NCBI GenBank assembly: GCA_000146465.1
Contig: CP001942.1
Direction: 5' to 3' (one strand)
Length of the DNA: 64,000 nucleotides
Part shown: positions 37,772-46,629 of the stretch, piece by piece
Layout of the letters: the number at the start of each line of letters is the position of its first letter
How positions within the stretch are numbered: position 1 is the stretch's first letter
Translations under genes and position numbers: made by a program
The notes under the pieces: generated by a model
The model's input: only the letters and a program-made list of their open reading frames with translations
Told to the model about the DNA's origin: nothing
Databases searched by the model: none

Positions 37772-39559
37772 TCACCTCTTGAAAAGAACCCCTGCCGTTG
37801 TACAAAATATAATCTCCTCCTTGGAATTACCGATATACTTCGCTGGAGGTGTTGTGAGTTTTCGGCCGAAGTTATACAGGCTGGCCTCAAGCCTTTGCTC
37901 GTTGTAGCTGAGACCCTTGAAATACCTATTATAATACTGCCGAAGATCCCCTGAAGTCTTTGCAGGAAAGTATGCTGCCATAGACACCCAGTTCTTGTTG
38001 TAGTATGGAAAATATATTGCAAACACCTGCCTTTCGTCTATAGTCCACTTCTTCAGCACATCTTCCTTGCTTATAGAAGCTCTTTTTACGGGCTCGCCCG
38101 TTTTTTCTAAGCTTTCATTCTGAGGCAGGACAAACTTTGTGTAGTATCTAAAAAACATCTTGAGATCTCTTTCCGGCCTATTTATCAATGGACGGTATTT
38201 TCCCCATGACTTTCCAAACACCCTGAAATGCTGAATAAATATATTTCTTTCATACTCCGACCATCCTCTTTCGATTATGAGCTTGACCTCCAAATCCGAG
38301 ATCCTTCCAGACTTGTGTTTCATGTATGAGTATGTCTTGTCTTTTGCCAAATAGTACTTTAGAATACACTTTTTAGTCTCTAGGTGTGATGCTGTCTCCT
38401 CAATCTTCCTGAAGTTGTTTCTGTACTTCTGTATAAGTTCGGAGGCTATCTTGTCCTCTTCTTCAGAAAATCCAATCGGTGGAATCTCGGGAATACAAGA
38501 AATGATAGTCATTGGTGCTTTGGATGGCCCGCTTCCTACATCCGGAATCTCTGCCTTGTTGTTTTTAGCCCTCTTTAGAAGCATGGTCCTTTGATCTTCA
38601 ATGTATTTTTGGATCTTCTCATCATCCCTCTGCATCGTTGGAAAAGCTCTTTTCAGGAAATATTTGTATCTACAGTCATTCATATCCAAGGGAACCATCT
38701 CCTTGTCCCTGCCACGTGCTTTTCCGTCTTCCAAATTCGTCTCTGTCTTTCTCTTTTTTCCAGAGCTGGACTTCATCTTGCCTTTTTCCGAAGAAACCAA
38801 TAATTTCCTTGGGTCCTCTTCCAGAGACATCGGGAAAGATGCTACCGACCTAAATCCACTTGCCTTGAGTTCTCTACTATTTTCAAAGAAACAGAGTATA
38901 GGGACTATCTCATGCCCGGGAATGTCGATGGAAACATCGTTCATCACATCCCTGTATAGCATGTTCTCTATCTCCTCGATGTTGATATTGTTCGCCGAAG
39001 TATGCAAACCACACAATGGTCCATTAAGCAACTGATGGCTTCTGGAACTTTTGTTTAAGTAAGCCTCGCTTTCTGCTGACTTATTTTTTGGTATCCCTTT
39101 TTCTCCTCTTCTCTTTCCCTTCATCCCCTCCTGGCAGAATTTTCCTTCCTTTCTTCTGTTTTCTTCGTCTTCTTTATAGTTCTCATCCTGCTTCCTAGCT
39201 CTTTCCTTACCTCCCTTTCTCTCCCCCAGGCCCCGAACATTCCAGTCTACCTCCTCTCCTCGAACAACTCTCCCATCTTCCCCCAATTCTCGAACTCCAT
39301 GCTCTTCTGTTCTCCTCCCTTTCCCCCGAGAAAACCCTTCTCTTTTGCCTCGAGTCCAGCCCTTCTGTCTTCCCTCGCTTCTCTCCAAATAGCCAGTAGA
39401 ACTTGTCCTTTCGTCATATCCCTCAATTCTTCGTCCCCTCTCTTCGGAACCCTTATGGTCTCCAAAGAGCTCCGTCCCTTGCCCACCTAAATCTCCCTCC
39501 CCCATCTCCTTGCTCTTGTCATGGTCTTCTAAATTCCCTCTTACCTCGTTACTCTTCAT
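37772..39559 (-). CDS. Double SANT-domain protein (N-CoR/SMRT/Snt1-like) with RG/E/K-rich N-terminus
   Basis: Two SANT/Myb-like repeats lie in the C-terminal third ('WSEYERNIFIQHFRVFGKSWGKY', 'WTIDERQVFAIYFPYYNKNWVSMAAYF'). The N-terminal roughly 150 aa are low-complexity G/E/R/K. Confidence 0.5.
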   Translation of the reverse strand: MKSNEVRGNLEDHDKSKEMGEGDLGGQGTELFGDHKGSEERGRRIEGYDERTSSTGYLERSEGRQKGWTRGKREGFSRGKGRRTEEHGVRELGEDGRVVRGEEVDWNVRGLGERKGGKERARKQDENYKEDEENRRKEGKFCQEGMKGKRRGEKGIPKNKSAESEAYLNKSSRSHQLLNGPLCGLHTSANNINIEEIENMLYRDVMNDVSIDIPGHEIVPILCFFENSRELKASGFRSVASFPMSLEEDPRKLLVSSEKGKMKSSSGKKRKTETNLEDGKARGRDKEMVPLDMNDCRYKYFLKRAFPTMQRDDEKIQKYIEDQRTMLLKRAKNNKAEIPDVGSGPSKAPMTIISCIPEIPPIGFSEEEDKIASELIQKYRNNFRKIEETASHLETKKCILKYYLAKDKTYSYMKHKSGRISDLEVKLIIERGWSEYERNIFIQHFRVFGKSWGKYRPLINRPERDLKMFFRYYTKFVLPQNESLEKTGEPVKRASISKEDVLKKWTIDERQVFAIYFPYYNKNWVSMAAYFPAKTSGDLRQYYNRYFKGLSYNEQRLEASLYNFGRKLTTPPAKYIGNSKEEIIFCTTAGVLFKR

Positions 39560-39619
39560 CGAATCCCAGAATGGTGTCTAAGTGGGGCAAGAGAATCAAC
39601 CCCTCAAATATACAAAGAC

Positions 39620-39910
39620 ATGGAGAACAAAGAAATAATAAAGCTGAAGAAATGGAATCTGGTTGCCCTTTGGTCTTTGGACATGAAGATTGAAACCTGT
39701 GCAATCTGCAGAAACCACATCATGGATACCTGTGTGGAGTGCCAGAACGGGCTTATAAACAATGACGAATGCAAGGTATCTTGGGGTGTCTGCAACCATG
39801 CATTCCATACCCATTGTATAACAAGGTGGTTGAGCTCGAAAAACGTCTGCCCCTTGGATACAAAGAAATGGGTTTACTATGACCCGGAGGAAAAGCAAGA
39901 TGCAAAATAG
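39620..39910 (+). CDS. RBX1: RING-box protein RBX1/HRT1 (cullin-RING ligase subunit)
   Basis: 'WSLDMKIETCAICRNHIMDTCVECQ...DECKVSWGVCNHAFHTHCITRWLSSKNVCPLD' is the canonical Rbx1 RING-H2 with its extra zinc site. Confidence 0.8.
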   Translation: MENKEIIKLKKWNLVALWSLDMKIETCAICRNHIMDTCVECQNGLINNDECKVSWGVCNHAFHTHCITRWLSSKNVCPLDTKKWVYYDPEEKQDAK

Positions 39911-39950
39911 AGTTTAATAAACATTTTGCCCACTCCAAGAGGATTTCTGC

Positions 39951-40562
39951 CTATCTTTTCTTGCGCGGGCTCCTTATTCTTTTCCGAGTTCCATATTTCT
40001 CTCTGAGTTCAGAAGCCTTTACTCTATAAGCTTCATCAAGCTTCTTTTTGTACTCAAGAATCTTTTCTTTAGCAACCTTCTTATATGCCTCTCGCATCTC
40101 TTCGAGCTTTCTACTATACTTATTCTCTAGACTCTCCATTTCCGCTTTCCTTTTGGATTCAATTCGACGCTTCAACTCTCCAACTTCTTTCTCCATTGCC
40201 CGTATTAGCTTTCTCCGATCTCTCAATACCTTTCTATGTATTTCCTTTAGTTCCTCAAATTCCTTTTGGATCTTCAAAAGCATGTTGGAATTCTTCTCTT
40301 CTCCACTTTCAACCTCCTTTCTTCCTTCTCCCAGGCCTTTTCTAGGCTCCTCAGTAAAGTCTCGAAAAATCACCTTACCTCGCACCTCATTTCCAAGACC
40401 TTTTAGGCTTTTGGACGTGTCTTGAGTCTCGGCCTTCTTTTCTCCACCCAGCTTCTCATCCTCAGGTCTGTTTGTAATGTTTGCAAAAGCACGTCTTTTA
40501 CGGATCCTGACTCTCTCGTCAAACACCTCCCCAAAATCTCCATCTTCAGACAAAACATCCAT
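39951..40562 (-). CDS. K/E/R-rich coiled-coil hypothetical protein
   Basis: The 203-aa protein is highly charged and has predicted coiled coils. No motif was recognised. Confidence 0.35.
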   Translation of the reverse strand: MDVLSEDGDFGEVFDERVRIRKRRAFANITNRPEDEKLGGEKKAETQDTSKSLKGLGNEVRGKVIFRDFTEEPRKGLGEGRKEVESGEEKNSNMLLKIQKEFEELKEIHRKVLRDRRKLIRAMEKEVGELKRRIESKRKAEMESLENKYSRKLEEMREAYKKVAKEKILEYKKKLDEAYRVKASELREKYGTRKRIRSPRKKR

Positions 40563-40920
40563 TCCAAGGGCTTCTCTTTTGCTGCCTTAGGAAGGTAGAG
40601 TACAGGCCCCAACCACAAAGTCTACAAAAAAACTTAAACATTAAATATTACAAAAAAGCCTTCAGATTACGGAATATGCTCCTGCAGCAAGGGCAAACCT
40701 TTGACTCAGAGAGTGCAGTGCATCGGAAGATTCTCCATTCAAAGTACATCGAATAGGTGGAAAAATCAAGGTTAGACATCATTAGATGCTGGAATGGACC
40801 TCCTTTTATCTGTAATTATCATCACAAGACTTTAGGGGTAGCTTCTATTAAGTAGTTTAATACTAAGAACCTGAAAATTCCTTAAATTAAAAATATCAGC
40901 CAGGAAATTTATAGAGATAT

Positions 40921-41517
40921 TCATATAAGCAGCACAAACCTCAGGAGAATGTAGAAGAAACATACCATGAAGAAAAATAACAGAATAAACGAAAGAAAAA
41001 ACGCAACTCCTCCAATAATCGCATTGGCAAAAGAGCCCTTTAGATCTTCACTTCGGAATATCTTCTTTTGGAGCTCTCTGTTGCACACCAAATCAAGTTC
41101 GTTCCCTATAAACACTGCTTTCACCACAGAATCCCTTCCTGGGTGGTCTACCAAGTCTCCTTTGATCCCATTCATTTCCTCCTCTCTCCTCCGCAGGAAA
41201 TTGCTTTTCTGGATATCTTTGAATATCCTAACGTACAAGGGGTTCTTGACAACCTCAAAGTACAAAATATCTTTGACCTCGTTTCTGGTCGAAGGGTCCT
41301 TCAGTTTGTATATCCGAACCGTCCCAGAAACTGCATATCTCATATTAATTATACTTCTTGCCAAATACACGTGCTTGGTACTCTCACAAACCAAAATACA
41401 AAAAACTGCAGATCCTGTGCTCGACAGAAGCTCCTCATAAGTCTCTAGGGTCAACGGATCTACACTCTGGAGATCCTCCGAATGTATCACCTCCCCGTCC
41501 TTCACAAACTCCAGCAT
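40921..41517 (-). CDS. Tail-anchored membrane protein (unassigned; possibly SNARE/longin-like)
   Basis: A soluble domain of about 160 aa is followed by a single long C-terminal hydrophobic segment ('AIIGGVAFFLSFILLFFFMVCFFYILL'). Confidence 0.35.
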   Translation of the reverse strand: MLEFVKDGEVIHSEDLQSVDPLTLETYEELLSSTGSAVFCILVCESTKHVYLARSIINMRYAVSGTVRIYKLKDPSTRNEVKDILYFEVVKNPLYVRIFKDIQKSNFLRRREEEMNGIKGDLVDHPGRDSVVKAVFIGNELDLVCNRELQKKIFRSEDLKGSFANAIIGGVAFFLSFILLFFFMVCFFYILLRFVLLI

Positions 41518-41634
41518 CTCTATGGGTTTTAGTAATTGTTTGTGGGAAATTTAAATGTTTATATGCTCCACTTCCTCATCACTCAAATCATCTCGACATG
41601 TAATTCATCTTATGTTGATGGCACTTCCCCTTTG

Positions 41635-41919
41635 CTACTGCCTGCTAATGACTCCCACAATACTATTGAATAGCAGCTCCTCCTTGTTTACATAGGAATG
41701 GGCTTTGTTGAATGCATCGGTACAATCCTTCCCTGCATACTTCATTATGGTCTCTGCTCCTCCTGGATGCACTCGAAGGAAGTCGGTGACATCATACACC
41801 GTTCCATCCATTATGATCCAGCAATCTTCCAGCTTATTGTGCTTGGATACTTCTTCCACACTAAGTGCCCTGAAGGATGGGCTTGTGCGTCTTTCCCGAG
41901 ACCATCTTATCAGATTCAT
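41635..41919 (-). CDS. Cytochrome b5-like heme-binding domain protein
   Basis: The 'HPGG' heme-binding motif is present: 'DVTDFLRVHPGGAETIMKYAGKDCTDAF'. Confidence 0.65.
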   Translation of the reverse strand: MNLIRWSRERRTSPSFRALSVEEVSKHNKLEDCWIIMDGTVYDVTDFLRVHPGGAETIMKYAGKDCTDAFNKAHSYVNKEELLFNSIVGVISRQ

Positions 41920-41970
41920 TGGAAAACCCAGGGCTGAGAATGCTATTGATTAAGCAAATTTTGTCCCTCG

Positions 41971-43404
41971 ATGAAAGGCATAGAGCAAAGCGATCTCTGT
42001 ATCAAGATCGATCCATTGTTTAATGCATCCATGAAGACATCGGCAACTATATATGTTGATGAGGAGCTGAGGAAACCTTTGATTGAAGAGTTGGATGCTG
42101 GGGTGGCTCTGTCTTCTATTTCTCAGATATCTGATGTCTGCTCTCTACCAGGACTCATTGGAGATGTCATAGGATTGCCAGACATACACACTGGGTATGG
42201 ATTTCCAATAGGATCTGTTGCTGCATTCGACATCAACAATCCCGAGTCGGTGGTAAGTCCTGGAGGGGTTGGATATGACATCAACTGTGGAGTTAGAGCA
42301 TTGAGGGCCAACCTCGACATAGACCACTTTAGAGCTTGTGCGGAATCTCTTGCTGATGAACTCTTCAATATAATACCCACTGGAGTAGGAAATGATAAAG
42401 GATCAAGAATTGAAATGAGTACGTTGAATTCCATCCTGGATCTCGGGTTAAGTCATCTGCTGAAATCAAAGGAGATATGTGATGAGGATGTGGAATATTG
42501 CGAAAGCAGGGGATATATGGATGGAAACAGCCGTCTTATTGGACAGAAATCAAAGGGGAGGGGATTGAATCAACTTGGGACTCTTGGGTCTGGAAATCAT
42601 TATCTAGAGGTTCAATATGTCGACGAGGTGTATGACACAGAGAAGGCAGAAATAATGGGCATAAGGAAAGGACAGATAATTGTGATGATCCACACAGGAA
42701 GCCGTGGTCTTGGACATGGAGTATGCCACAATTCTCTAATGAAGATGGCGGGAATGGCGCCTGACTATGGCCAGCTTGCATGTTCCCGTTTCAACTCGGA
42801 GGAATCCCAAGAGTATCTTCTTTCGATGGGATGTGCGGCAAACTTTGCCTTTGCTAACAGAGCGATGATAACCAAGAGTGCTAGGAAGGCGTTTGAAAAG
42901 GTGTTTCCAGGCTCGAGGCTTGAGCTGATTTATGATGTTTGCCACAATATTGCAAAGAAAGAGAAGCATAGAGTCCATGGGAAAGAATACGATGTTCTCG
43001 TGCACAGAAAAGGAGCTTCCAGGGCATTTCCTCCATTCCATGCAGACATTCCGTGGAAATACAAAGAAATAGGACAGCCAGTGATAGTAGGGGGATCGAT
43101 GGGAACATACAGCTACATTCTGTGTGGATCGGAGAAGTCCATGGAGTTGAGTTTTGGATCAACATGCCATGGGGCAGGACGTGTCCTTTCTAGAAGCAGG
43201 TCAAAGGATTTATTTACTCAAGAGAGCGTGCGTGATCTTCTAAGGAGTCAAGACATAGTATTTAGGTGTGCAAGCAGCCCTGGAATGGTTGAAGAATCGC
43301 CTGGCTGCTACAAAGATGTCAATAGAGTTGTTAATCTAAGCGACGCAATCGGACTAACGAAGAAGGTTTGCCGTTTAAAGCCGTGCCTGGTCATTAAAGG
43401 CTAA
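41971..43404 (+). CDS. RTCB: tRNA-splicing ligase RtcB (HSPC117)
   Basis: The RtcB signature 'GSGNHYLEVQ', the metal-binding His residues and catalytic 'CHGAGR' are all present. The length is about 477 aa. Confidence 0.85.
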   Translation: MKGIEQSDLCIKIDPLFNASMKTSATIYVDEELRKPLIEELDAGVALSSISQISDVCSLPGLIGDVIGLPDIHTGYGFPIGSVAAFDINNPESVVSPGGVGYDINCGVRALRANLDIDHFRACAESLADELFNIIPTGVGNDKGSRIEMSTLNSILDLGLSHLLKSKEICDEDVEYCESRGYMDGNSRLIGQKSKGRGLNQLGTLGSGNHYLEVQYVDEVYDTEKAEIMGIRKGQIIVMIHTGSRGLGHGVCHNSLMKMAGMAPDYGQLACSRFNSEESQEYLLSMGCAANFAFANRAMITKSARKAFEKVFPGSRLELIYDVCHNIAKKEKHRVHGKEYDVLVHRKGASRAFPPFHADIPWKYKEIGQPVIVGGSMGTYSYILCGSEKSMELSFGSTCHGAGRVLSRSRSKDLFTQESVRDLLRSQDIVFRCASSPGMVEESPGCYKDVNRVVNLSDAIGLTKKVCRLKPCLVIKG

Positions 43405-43411
43405 ACAATAG

Positions 43412-44809
43412 CTACTCCGTCTTGTTATTGATTCTTTTTAAGAGTTTCTCCATGGATAGCATCGGAAGCTTTTTTCTTTTACTGCTAAGAAGTGCTGGTA
43501 ATGGCCATAGAATAGAATCCTCGTAGTTACTGGTGGCGCTGTCTTCTACAACACGAGCATCGCTTATTATGCGACTCTTCAACGTGTAAGGGTCGTAGTT
43601 GTAGTATGTAAGATATGCAGCCATGACTCCTGTGGTGTGTGGAGCAGCCATGGATGTCCCGGAAACAATCTTTTGGGTTCCCCCTGTCCAGGAGCTGAGT
43701 ATGTCTACACCAGGAGCAAAGATGTTCACACACTCTCCAAAGTTGCTGAAGAACGCAATGGTATCTCTGTATGTCGACGCGCCTGTTGTTATGCTTGCCT
43801 TCGAAGATCCAGGTGAGAAGTCGCATGCATCCTCATGCTCGTTTCCTGCAGCAGTCGAAAAGTGGATTCCTAGCTTCGATGCATACTCAATTGCAAAGTT
43901 GAGTGCAGCGTTCCTGAATCCTCCAACACTGAGGTTAACAATTGTTTTTGGTTGCAAGGCCTTCTCTGAAACAATGTCTACCAGGTGCTGTATTGAAGGA
44001 GGTTCAGGGCGGATGAAGGAAAAGCTCTCGGAGCCATCTATCTCCACCTCAATATCAGAAGACCCGCTGGAATTGAGATACTTATCTGCTGCAGCTTCAT
44101 AGAGTTTGTCTTTTTTCCTTTCATGCTCCTTAATGACAAAGTCCACTCCTTGCAGAAGCCTCGAAGTCATCCCAGATCCATACTTGTCAAGAACCTTGAC
44201 GGCTATGATCTTTGACTCCTTGGATATTCCAAAGTTCTTCCCGCCAATCACTCCTGCGCAATGTGTTCCATGCCCATGGTCATCTCCATCCTGGCTTTCT
44301 GGGACAAAGTTGGCACCCCATCTGGCTCTTCCTTCAAATTCAGGATGATCGATCTCCACCCCCGTATCCAGAACATACACGTCAACACCCTCTCCAGAGT
44401 TGACAGGATAGCAATAGCTTCTCTGGACCAAAGACATACTTCCTGCTACCCTGGCAAGGCCCCACGGTGCATGTCTTTGCATTAGAATACTGCCTTTCTC
44501 GTTGTTATTAAGGTCTCCAAGCTTCAGCCTACTGATTCTTACAGAACTATCTTCTACAACCATTTTCACATTTGGGTGTTTCCTCATTCTTTCGGCTGGA
44601 GTATCGCTCATGCGAGCTACGAATCCATTGGTCATCTTTATTCCGATGGTTTCGTTGGGGCCAAGAATCCTTTGTGCCTCCAGGATGTTTATATTGTACA
44701 ATGCATTCATGGATGCCCTGTCCATTCTTGGATCCTGATCAAACATTACAATATAATCCCTCGCTTCCTTGCACAATACTAAAGATAGAAGTGTAATTCC
44801 GAAGATCAT
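43412..44809 (-). CDS. Subtilisin-like serine protease (S8) with signal peptide
   Basis: The catalytic triad motifs are 'VLDTGV' (Asp), 'HGTHCAGVIGG' (His) and 'GTSMAAPHTTG' (Ser). The N-terminal signal is 'MIFGITLLSLVLC'. Confidence 0.8.
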   Translation of the reverse strand: MIFGITLLSLVLCKEARDYIVMFDQDPRMDRASMNALYNINILEAQRILGPNETIGIKMTNGFVARMSDTPAERMRKHPNVKMVVEDSSVRISRLKLGDLNNNEKGSILMQRHAPWGLARVAGSMSLVQRSYCYPVNSGEGVDVYVLDTGVEIDHPEFEGRARWGANFVPESQDGDDHGHGTHCAGVIGGKNFGISKESKIIAVKVLDKYGSGMTSRLLQGVDFVIKEHERKKDKLYEAAADKYLNSSGSSDIEVEIDGSESFSFIRPEPPSIQHLVDIVSEKALQPKTIVNLSVGGFRNAALNFAIEYASKLGIHFSTAAGNEHEDACDFSPGSSKASITTGASTYRDTIAFFSNFGECVNIFAPGVDILSSWTGGTQKIVSGTSMAAPHTTGVMAAYLTYYNYDPYTLKSRIISDARVVEDSATSNYEDSILWPLPALLSSKRKKLPMLSMEKLLKRINNKTE

Positions 44810-44868
44810 TTTACTCTTTAATATTTATTTCGTCTCATATTTATTCCTTGCCTGAAACGTACGTTTGG

Positions 44869-45993
44869 TTAGTCACAGCAAGAGTCTACAGTTCTGCTTA
44901 TGCCTCTGTCAATTACCAACTCCTTGGTGGACCTTCGTCTTGTCTTCTCTTGGCTTAAGATCTTCCTCACTTCGTCCCGGAGTTTGTCTTTTATTTTGTA
45001 CAGGTAGCAATCAACAGCCAGGTTCTGAAACACCTCAATCAAATCTTTGAACGTTCTGATTCCATAAACCTTTGTAATTTGGATAAACCTCGACTTCAGT
45101 AATGTAGAAGAAAATCTCACATATAATTTTATGGTTCTCCAGAAAATATCCTCGACATCAATTGGAATGTCCAGTGTATAACTGTCCAGCCTTGGAATTA
45201 GCTTGGAGATTTCTTCTTTTATCCTTTCTCGCCCCACCGTCTCCTCCCCTTCAATGCCACTTTCATCTATAAGCTTAAGAATTTCGGAAATCTGTATCCC
45301 GATTGAGCAGAAGTGGTTGTGCAATATAACATAGCCCATAAGCGCCATGTTGTTGTATTCGTTCCAGAAGGGCACAACAAGTTTGCTTGATATGTATCCG
45401 TTTATCAAGTGCGACAGTCTTTTTCGGGTGGTCTTGAGCTTCTCACACATTCCATCCCACTCTTCATCCGTAGTTGGAATCCCCTCCTCAGGCATCTTGA
45501 AGCTTTTCCTATACAAGTAGCCAAATCCCATTATTCTATAGTACTTGGAAATGCACTTTCTAGAGGTCTTGTTCATTATCCCGCATATCTTCTTCCACTT
45601 GAATCCAAAGATTCTGACAAGATTCAGAAGCTGAATTTCGTTCTCGGGCTCCCATTTTGAATCAATGTATGGATGGTAGTGGTAGGAAACATAGACCCAT
45701 AAGGAATTCATTGTTCTTTGCTTCAGTGCATTGCTCACTTCAATCAAGAGCTCTCGGATTGGGAACTCCGGCTCCTCCTCGAGAAAAAAACTATACAAGT
45801 TCTTCATCTCCATCTTGTTCTCCTTCAGAAACTTTTGTATGGCCGAGTCAACCACTTTGGCTTCATAAGAGTTGTAGCATCCCCTCTTCATAGATATGTT
45901 GTATTTCTTCATGATCTCCTTGACCTCATGCGCATCTGTGAACTTTGTCCGTAGATGGTTTTCGGCCTCTTCCTTAGTCCTAAAGATATGCAT
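44869..45993 (-). CDS. Myb/SANT-like DNA-binding hypothetical protein
   Basis: An internal Myb-like segment, 'WEPENEIQLLNLVRIFGFKWKKICGIMNKTSRKCISKYYR', is the only recognisable feature. Confidence 0.4.
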   Translation of the reverse strand: MHIFRTKEEAENHLRTKFTDAHEVKEIMKKYNISMKRGCYNSYEAKVVDSAIQKFLKENKMEMKNLYSFFLEEEPEFPIRELLIEVSNALKQRTMNSLWVYVSYHYHPYIDSKWEPENEIQLLNLVRIFGFKWKKICGIMNKTSRKCISKYYRIMGFGYLYRKSFKMPEEGIPTTDEEWDGMCEKLKTTRKRLSHLINGYISSKLVVPFWNEYNNMALMGYVILHNHFCSIGIQISEILKLIDESGIEGEETVGRERIKEEISKLIPRLDSYTLDIPIDVEDIFWRTIKLYVRFSSTLLKSRFIQITKVYGIRTFKDLIEVFQNLAVDCYLYKIKDKLRDEVRKILSQEKTRRRSTKELVIDRGISRTVDSCCD

Positions 45994-46006
45994 GGGTGCA
46001 GCACCA

Positions 46007-46594
46007 TCATTTCTTTAATACGACCGACTTTATTTCCTCAACCAACGCCCTGTTCACCCTCACTCCAAAAAAGCATTCAAAGAGACTAAGTTCCTCATCG
46101 TCTAGAACACTCAATGCAACCATTTCCGGCTCATACACCCCATTGAAGTATTTGATGAGATTTACTCTTCCATCTCCATGCACCTCGTCCAAAACAACAA
46201 GCTTCTTTAAGACATCTACATTCAGTGTCTTCCCAATCCTCAAAAGGAAGAATTGAGCAGGCCTAATGTTGAACTGGAACTCGATAAGCTCGATCACCTT
46301 GCACTCAATGGCTATAAGACGCTCCCTGGGGGGAATTGTGCCCGCATGTGTGGCTCTGGGCATTGCCTCAAGAATGGCTTCCAGCTTTATTAACGTTTCG
46401 TTGATTTTGGATGCCAAGTAAACACAGACAAGAACAACTATGTTGTAGCTCTCCTTCCTGAAGAGCTTTGGATATGTCTGCTGGAATATTATCTGGGATA
46501 TTATCTTGGATCTATATGGGATCGAGAGGAGCTTTGAAAGATTCAGGATTGTTTTGTTTCCTTCGGCAATATCGTTTTTGAGCATGGATTCCAT
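46007..46594 (-). CDS. Cyclin-box protein (cyclin C/H-like)
   Basis: The cyclin-fold signature 'VVLVCVYLASKINE...IELIEFQFNI' is present. Confidence 0.45.
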   Translation of the reverse strand: MESMLKNDIAEGNKTILNLSKLLSIPYRSKIISQIIFQQTYPKLFRKESYNIVVLVCVYLASKINETLIKLEAILEAMPRATHAGTIPPRERLIAIECKVIELIEFQFNIRPAQFFLLRIGKTLNVDVLKKLVVLDEVHGDGRVNLIKYFNGVYEPEMVALSVLDDEELSLFECFFGVRVNRALVEEIKSVVLKK

Positions 46595-46629
46595 GGCAGG
46601 GATTTGATGGATTTTTATCTATCCCTTGG

